From Verrucomicrobia bacterium UBA3869 (GTDB taxonomy: Bacteria > Verrucomicrobiota > Verrucomicrobiia > Opitutales > UBA9783), in assembly GCA_002392285.1 (NCBI GenBank), contig DGGR01000003.1, forward strand, positions 1 to 10,258: a stretch of 10,258 nucleotides of DNA, in the 5' to 3' direction. How positions within the stretch are numbered: the first letter of the stretch is position 1; every line of letters starts with the position of its first letter. A program made the translations under genes and the position numbers. The notes beneath the pieces were generated by a model that saw nothing but the letters and a program-made list of their open reading frames with translations, did not search any database and was not told where the DNA came from. Shown here piece by piece: positions 6,769-10,258 of the stretch.

Positions 6769-8928
6769 ATGTTCTATTTGTCCATCTTGCCTATCCGTTC
6801 GTTGGCACGCTCCTTAACGTATACAGCGGCAGAGGCAATTCCTGTTGGAAGCCTAGTAGCCATTAGCATTAGGGGCCGCCGAGCGTATGGATTGGTAACA
6901 GCCTGTGAGTCCCAACCTCCCGCAGAACAACTGACCTTGTTGCCCATTGAACAACGCGTGTATGATTTCCCGATTGTAACCGCTGAAAACCTGCAGGTAA
7001 TTCAATGGATCAGCCGCCGTTATGCTTGCCCGCTCAATTCGGTTTTAGAAAGCGCGCTGCCTGCTTTTATTCGCCAAGGGAAAGCGTTAACGCACACGGC
7101 ATATCTATGCCCAAGCGAGGAGCCGATGGAAGCCATTTCAAAGCGTGCGACCCATCAGCAAGCTGTGTATGATTGGGTATGTCAGCATCCGTTTGCAGCA
7201 GAGCGAGCGCTTCATCAAGCGATTGCGAATGCCCATGCTGCGTTGTGTCAATTGATTGCGTCTCATCGAGTGCAGCGGGTTTTTGATCGACCACCGGAAG
7301 CGAAGCCATCGATCTCCATCACCTTAACGCAGGAACAGCAAGCGATTACGGATGCCCTAACGCGTGCCCTTGAGAGTCGAACGTATGCAACCCAGGTGTT
7401 GTATGGTATTACTGGGTCGGGGAAAACGGAGATTTACCATGCACTGATTGCACAGGCAAGGCGTTTGGGGTTACAGACGCTCTATTTGGTTCCAGAAATT
7501 GCGTTGTCAGAACAGGCGTTGGCTAAATTGCAGCAACGCTTAGCGTCGCAAGCCATTCGGGTGGGTGTGTGGCATAGTTTAAGCACGGATAGAGAAAAAA
7601 AGACGCTTTGGCAGCAAGCATTAACGGGTACAAGTGATGTGGTGTTGGGAACGCGTTCTGCTTTGTTTTTACCCTTTAAACGCCTGGGGTTAATTTTGGT
7701 AGATGAGGAGCAGGATGCATCGTATAAACAATCCGAGGTTCCGCGTTATCATGGGCGTGATTTAGCCATTTACCGGGCTCAACTGCATCAGGCCTTATGT
7801 GTGTTGGGTTCTGCTACGCCATCGATTGAAACTTGGCATCAGGTAAAAAAAGATGCCTATGGGTTGCATACTTTATGGAAGCGCCCGAATCGGGCGAGCG
7901 TTCCCACCATCCAGTTTGTGGATATGCACTACGAAAAACCCTCATTTGAGGGCGCGTATGTGCTTTCGGATTTGTTGCGGCAAAAAATAAACGCGCGTTT
8001 GGATCGTAAGGAACAAACCTTGTTGTTTTTGAACCGCCGAGGTTATGCGCCTTATCTGTATTGCCCTAAATGCGCACGACGGATTGAGTGTCCCTATTGC
8101 AAAAGCACGTTGGTGTTTCATAAGGCGGATGCCAGCTTTCGGTGCCATGTGTGCCACCATCAGGTAACGGCCTATACCCATTGTACCCATTGCCATAGCC
8201 CGTTGAAGTTAAGCAGGGGGTTAGGTACGCAGCGGGTGGAAGCGGGTTTGAAAAAACTTTATCCCAATGCACGGATTTTAAGACTAGATACAGATAATCG
8301 GGAACAGCAGCCTCATTGGTATGAGGCGATCATGCGCCATCAATGCGATATCATCATTGGGACTCAGTTGTTGGCCAAAGGAATGGACTTCCCGGATTTA
8401 ACCTTGGTTGGGGTGTTGCAGCTCGATACGCCTGCGCTCATGGAGGATTTTCGGGCATCTGAACGCATTTTTCAATTGCTTGTTCAGGTTGGCGGGCGCG
8501 CAGGACGTTTACGTTCCGGTAGCGAGGTGGTAGTGCAAACCTTTGCGCTCAATGACCCGTGTATCGATTTTGTAAAAAAGCAGGATACAATCGGTTTTCT
8601 CAATCAAGAATGGGCGTTAAGGGAACGGTACCGCTATCCGCCATTTCGCACCATGGTTCGCCATGTATTTCGAAGCTTATCGGAACCCCTGGTGGATTAT
8701 ACCGTCAAACAATGGAGTGCGTTTTTAGAGCACAATGCTCCTGAAACCTGGGAAATTTTGGGCCCTTCTTCGCCTTTCATCAGTAAGGCTAACCGTTACT
8801 ATCGCCGCCATTTGCTTTATCTGGGCGAGGACGATTTCGTGCCCCAATTGCAAGCCTTGCGGTCGGAATTTAAAGCACCGCCTGAGGTAATCGATTTGTT
8901 GGATGTAGATCCAGTCGATTTCCGTTGA
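6769..8928 (+). CDS. priA: Primosomal protein N' (replication restart helicase PriA)
   Basis: Walker A GITGSGKTE, DEEQD (DExx box) and the Cys-rich zinc-binding insertion CPKC...CPYC...CHVC...CTHC characteristic of PriA. I prefer the ATG at 6769 (MFYLSILP...) to the GTG at 6733 in the ORF track, because 6733 would overlap the upstream gene by 34 nt. Confidence 0.9.
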   Translation: MFYLSILPIRSLARSLTYTAAEAIPVGSLVAISIRGRRAYGLVTACESQPPAEQLTLLPIEQRVYDFPIVTAENLQVIQWISRRYACPLNSVLESALPAFIRQGKALTHTAYLCPSEEPMEAISKRATHQQAVYDWVCQHPFAAERALHQAIANAHAALCQLIASHRVQRVFDRPPEAKPSISITLTQEQQAITDALTRALESRTYATQVLYGITGSGKTEIYHALIAQARRLGLQTLYLVPEIALSEQALAKLQQRLASQAIRVGVWHSLSTDREKKTLWQQALTGTSDVVLGTRSALFLPFKRLGLILVDEEQDASYKQSEVPRYHGRDLAIYRAQLHQALCVLGSATPSIETWHQVKKDAYGLHTLWKRPNRASVPTIQFVDMHYEKPSFEGAYVLSDLLRQKINARLDRKEQTLLFLNRRGYAPYLYCPKCARRIECPYCKSTLVFHKADASFRCHVCHHQVTAYTHCTHCHSPLKLSRGLGTQRVEAGLKKLYPNARILRLDTDNREQQPHWYEAIMRHQCDIIIGTQLLAKGMDFPDLTLVGVLQLDTPALMEDFRASERIFQLLVQVGGRAGRLRSGSEVVVQTFALNDPCIDFVKKQDTIGFLNQEWALRERYRYPPFRTMVRHVFRSLSEPLVDYTVKQWSAFLEHNAPETWEILGPSSPFISKANRYYRRHLLYLGEDDFVPQLQALRSEFKAPPEVIDLLDVDPVDFR

Positions 8929-8984
8929 TTATTTGACCGCCATAGACGCTTGGTATGCATTGACGAGGGTTATTTGGGGGCAAT

Positions 8985-9007
8985 AAAAGCTTAGATTTAA
9001 GCTTTTT
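8985..9007. terminator. AT-rich hairpin, possibly a bidirectional terminator between priA and tRNA-His
   Basis: AAAAGCTTA (8985-8993) pairs with TAAGCTTTT (8998-9006) around the loop GATT. T runs follow on both strands. The stem has only two G:C pairs, so it is weak. Confidence 0.35.
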
Positions 9008-9025
9008 ACATAAAATTAAAGAGGA

Positions 9026-9102
9026 TGGGGTGGTAGACCGGGCTTGAACCGGCAACCCTCGGAACCACAATCCGATGCTCTGCCAATTGAGCTACAACCA
9101 CC
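9026..9102 (-). tRNA. tRNA-His (anticodon GTG) with genome-encoded G-1 and CCA
   Basis: Manual cloverleaf: acceptor GTGGTTG/CTACCAC with a U6-U67 mismatch, anticodon loop TTGTGGT, T arm GCCGG-TTCAAGC-CCGGT. An extra 5' G lies opposite discriminator C73, which is the bacterial tRNA-His identity feature. Confidence 0.9.
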
Positions 9103-9115
9103 ATAATTCGCCTTG

Positions 9116-9144
9116 ATTAGAAGCGATTAGCGGCTAATTGTCAA
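9116..9144 (-). promoter_or_regulatory. Sigma70-type promoter for tRNA-His
   Basis: On the minus strand: consensus TTGACA (9144-9139), a 17-nt spacer, then TCTAAT (9121-9116). The -10 ends 13 nt before G-1 of the tRNA. Confidence 0.5.
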
Positions 9145-9173
9145 TTGTTTCTAATTATTGTTCGGGAATCGCA

Positions 9174-9202
9174 TTGACATTGCAGTTGATTTGCAAGATA
9201 AG
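9174..9202 (+). promoter_or_regulatory. Sigma70-type promoter for tRNA-Ala
   Basis: Consensus TTGACA (9174-9179), a 17-nt spacer, then GATAAG (9197-9202). The tRNA starts at 9218. Confidence 0.5.
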
Positions 9203-9217
9203 TGAAAAGTGTTTAAT

Positions 9218-9293
9218 GGGGTTGTAGCTCAGTTGGTAGAGCACTTGCATGGCATGCAAGGGGTCGTCGGTTCGAGTCCGATCAGCTCCACCA
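9218..9293 (+). tRNA. tRNA-Ala (anticodon GGC), CCA encoded
   Basis: Manual cloverleaf of 76 nt: acceptor GGGGTTG/CAGCTCC including the G3:U70 alanine identity pair, anticodon loop ATGGCAT, T arm GTCGG-TTCGAGT-CCGAT, discriminator A plus CCA. Confidence 0.9.
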
Positions 9294-9366
9294 TCCGTCT
9301 TCGCTTCGCTCCGTCGCGATTGGTACAATCGGGCGGAGCGATGTGATTTTAATCACGCGAAGCGGA
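9294..9366. repeat. 73-nt nested inverted-repeat element (three-way junction) directly abutting the tRNA-Ala 3' end
   Basis: Outer stem: 9294-9304 pairs with 9357-9366 (10 bp, one bulged T at 9298).

Inner hairpin A: 9306-9313 pairs with 9334-9341 (8 bp), and 9317-9321 pairs with 9327-9331 (5 bp) around the loop GGTAC.

Inner hairpin B: GTGATT/AATCAC at 9343-9356. Confidence 0.4.
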
Positions 9367-9451
9367 TGTCGCGCCGCAGCATTGGTCACAACAAGAAAAA
9401 TAAAATTCACACTTATCGGCGCAGGCGGGCCAAATATATAATGTAATACAA

Positions 9452-9480
9452 TTTGACATCTGTCCCATTTATTTTATACT
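9452..9480 (+). promoter_or_regulatory. Strong sigma70-type promoter placed for a leaderless phosphatase transcript
   Basis: Consensus TTGACA (9452-9457), a 17-nt spacer, then TATACT (9475-9480). The ATG at 9487 lies 7 nt after the last base of the -10, which is the expected transcription start position. Confidence 0.6.
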
Positions 9481-9486
9481 GGTCGT

Positions 9487-10089
9487 ATGTTATACATTGT
9501 GCGGCATGGACAGACAGATTGGAACGGCCTTGATAAAATTCAGGGCGTGGCGGACGTGCCATTAAACGATATCGGCCGGGCCCAGGCAAACATTGCGGCG
9601 GATCGCTTGGCGCGATTTAATTTCGAATATATTGTTTCGTCCAATTTATCGCGTGCGACGGAAACCGCAAATATAATTGGAAATAAATTGAATCTGCGCG
9701 TGGAATACGATGCGCGCCTGCGTGAATACGATTTCGGGAAATTGACCGGTATGATACGTCGTATGTTGGACCCGCATGAGATAGAGGCGTTTTTTACAAC
9801 CCCAACTTATTTTGGCGCGGAATCATTTGAAAATGCGTTTGCGCGTTCCGCTGAATTTTTGAAATCTGTCGATTACGATAAAAATATCTTGGTTGTGACG
9901 CATGGTGGGGTTATAAACTTTATGCTGTGCTATTTGGAATCGGGGGATAATTTTAAATCTTATATGTTCTTGGATAAATGTCTGCACACACACATAGATA
10001 ATTCGGCGGTGTTGCGAATACGAAATTTGAAATCGGATATGACAATTCTTAAAAACACGCGTTTCTATAAATTGCCAAGGTCAAAATAA
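9487..10089 (+). CDS. Histidine phosphatase family protein (phosphoglycerate mutase / GpmB / CobC-like)
   Basis: 200-aa ORF with the N-terminal catalytic LYIVRHGQTDWN (RHG motif), SSNLSRATETA, and the second catalytic His in VVTHGGVI. Confidence 0.85.
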   Translation: MLYIVRHGQTDWNGLDKIQGVADVPLNDIGRAQANIAADRLARFNFEYIVSSNLSRATETANIIGNKLNLRVEYDARLREYDFGKLTGMIRRMLDPHEIEAFFTTPTYFGAESFENAFARSAEFLKSVDYDKNILVVTHGGVINFMLCYLESGDNFKSYMFLDKCLHTHIDNSAVLRIRNLKSDMTILKNTRFYKLPRSK

Positions 10090-10113
10090 AAACGCCCAAT
10101 CGGGCGTTTGTTT
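10090..10113. terminator. Bidirectional rho-independent terminator
   Basis: AAACGCCC (10090-10097) pairs with GGGCGTTT (10102-10109) around the loop AATC. It is followed by GTTT on the + strand and TTTTTA on the - strand. It sits between the phosphatase stop (10087-10089) and the stop of the convergent ORF (10112-10114). Confidence 0.7.
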
Positions 10114-10258
10114 AGCCAATGGTGTTATCTATACACTCGCATTTGTTTAAATAGCAATACGGATGAAATCCTTCTCTGCACGGCGGGCAATCTGTGGTCT
10201 GGGTACAATAATTGCCATAAACATCCCTATCACTTAAATTCCACAGGATACAATCGCC
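10112..10258 (-). CDS. 3' end of a minus-strand ORF truncated by the window edge, encoding a Cys-rich C-terminus
   Basis: My own translation of the reverse strand gives GDCILWNLSDRDVYGNYCTQTTDCPPCREGFHPYCYLNKCECIDNTIG*. The frame is open to the window edge, and the TAA abuts the bidirectional terminator. It is absent from the ORF track, probably because it is short and partial. Confidence 0.4.
   Translation of the reverse strand, partial: GDCILWNLSDRDVYGNYCTQTTDCPPCREGFHPYCYLNKCECIDNTIG

Noticed and set aside
9249-9446. 65-aa ORF from the track, and its internal 26-codon Arg/Lys-rich sub-ORF (ATG 9366 to TAA 9446: MSRRSIGHNKKNKIHTYRRRRAKYIM)
   Set aside because: The long version begins inside tRNA-Ala and runs through the inverted-repeat element. 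The short version has no SD or promoter support and is too short to assess. Its RRRAK string resembles ribosomal protein L34 only superficially.

Overview
This 10.3 kb bacterial window is gene-dense and mostly housekeeping, with moderate GC (mid-40s % from a rough manual sample). I support eight complete CDSs and one edge-truncated ORF. The + strand carries, in order:
- a typical 2-Cys peroxiredoxin
- a UvrD/Rep-family SF1 helicase whose start overlaps the peroxiredoxin stop (ATGA)
- a 97-aa FliO-like single-pass membrane protein
- class I fructose-bisphosphate aldolase (FbaB/DhnA type)
- a 178-aa signal-peptide protein of unknown function
- PriA
- a histidine-phosphatase (phosphoglycerate-mutase family) protein

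The - strand carries a 458-aa fusion of a kinase-like domain and a class I SAM methyltransferase. It also carries a truncated Cys-rich ORF at the right edge.

Five tRNA genes, all with encoded CCA, sit in two divergent clusters: Arg-TCT, Met/Ile2-CAT and Arg-CCT in one, His-GTG and Ala-GGC in the other.

I see no CRISPR array, rRNA, transposase, integrase or recognisable multi-gene defence or mobile module, and I could not identify a clear-cut novel system. The observations most worth follow-up are:
1. None of the eight start codons has a Shine-Dalgarno sequence. Several strong -10 elements lie only 6-9 nt upstream of ATGs, which suggests leaderless or near-leaderless expression.
2. An orphan FliO-like gene with a juxtamembrane CCC motif.
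3. The kinase-like/methyltransferase fusion, convergent with the peroxiredoxin-helicase pair and separated from it by 3 nt.
4. A 73-nt nested inverted-repeat element abutting the CCA of tRNA-Ala. Past it lies a segment with different codon usage that holds the phosphatase and the Cys-rich ORF, so this may be the boundary of foreign DNA.

All homology statements come from motif recognition by eye, not database searches.
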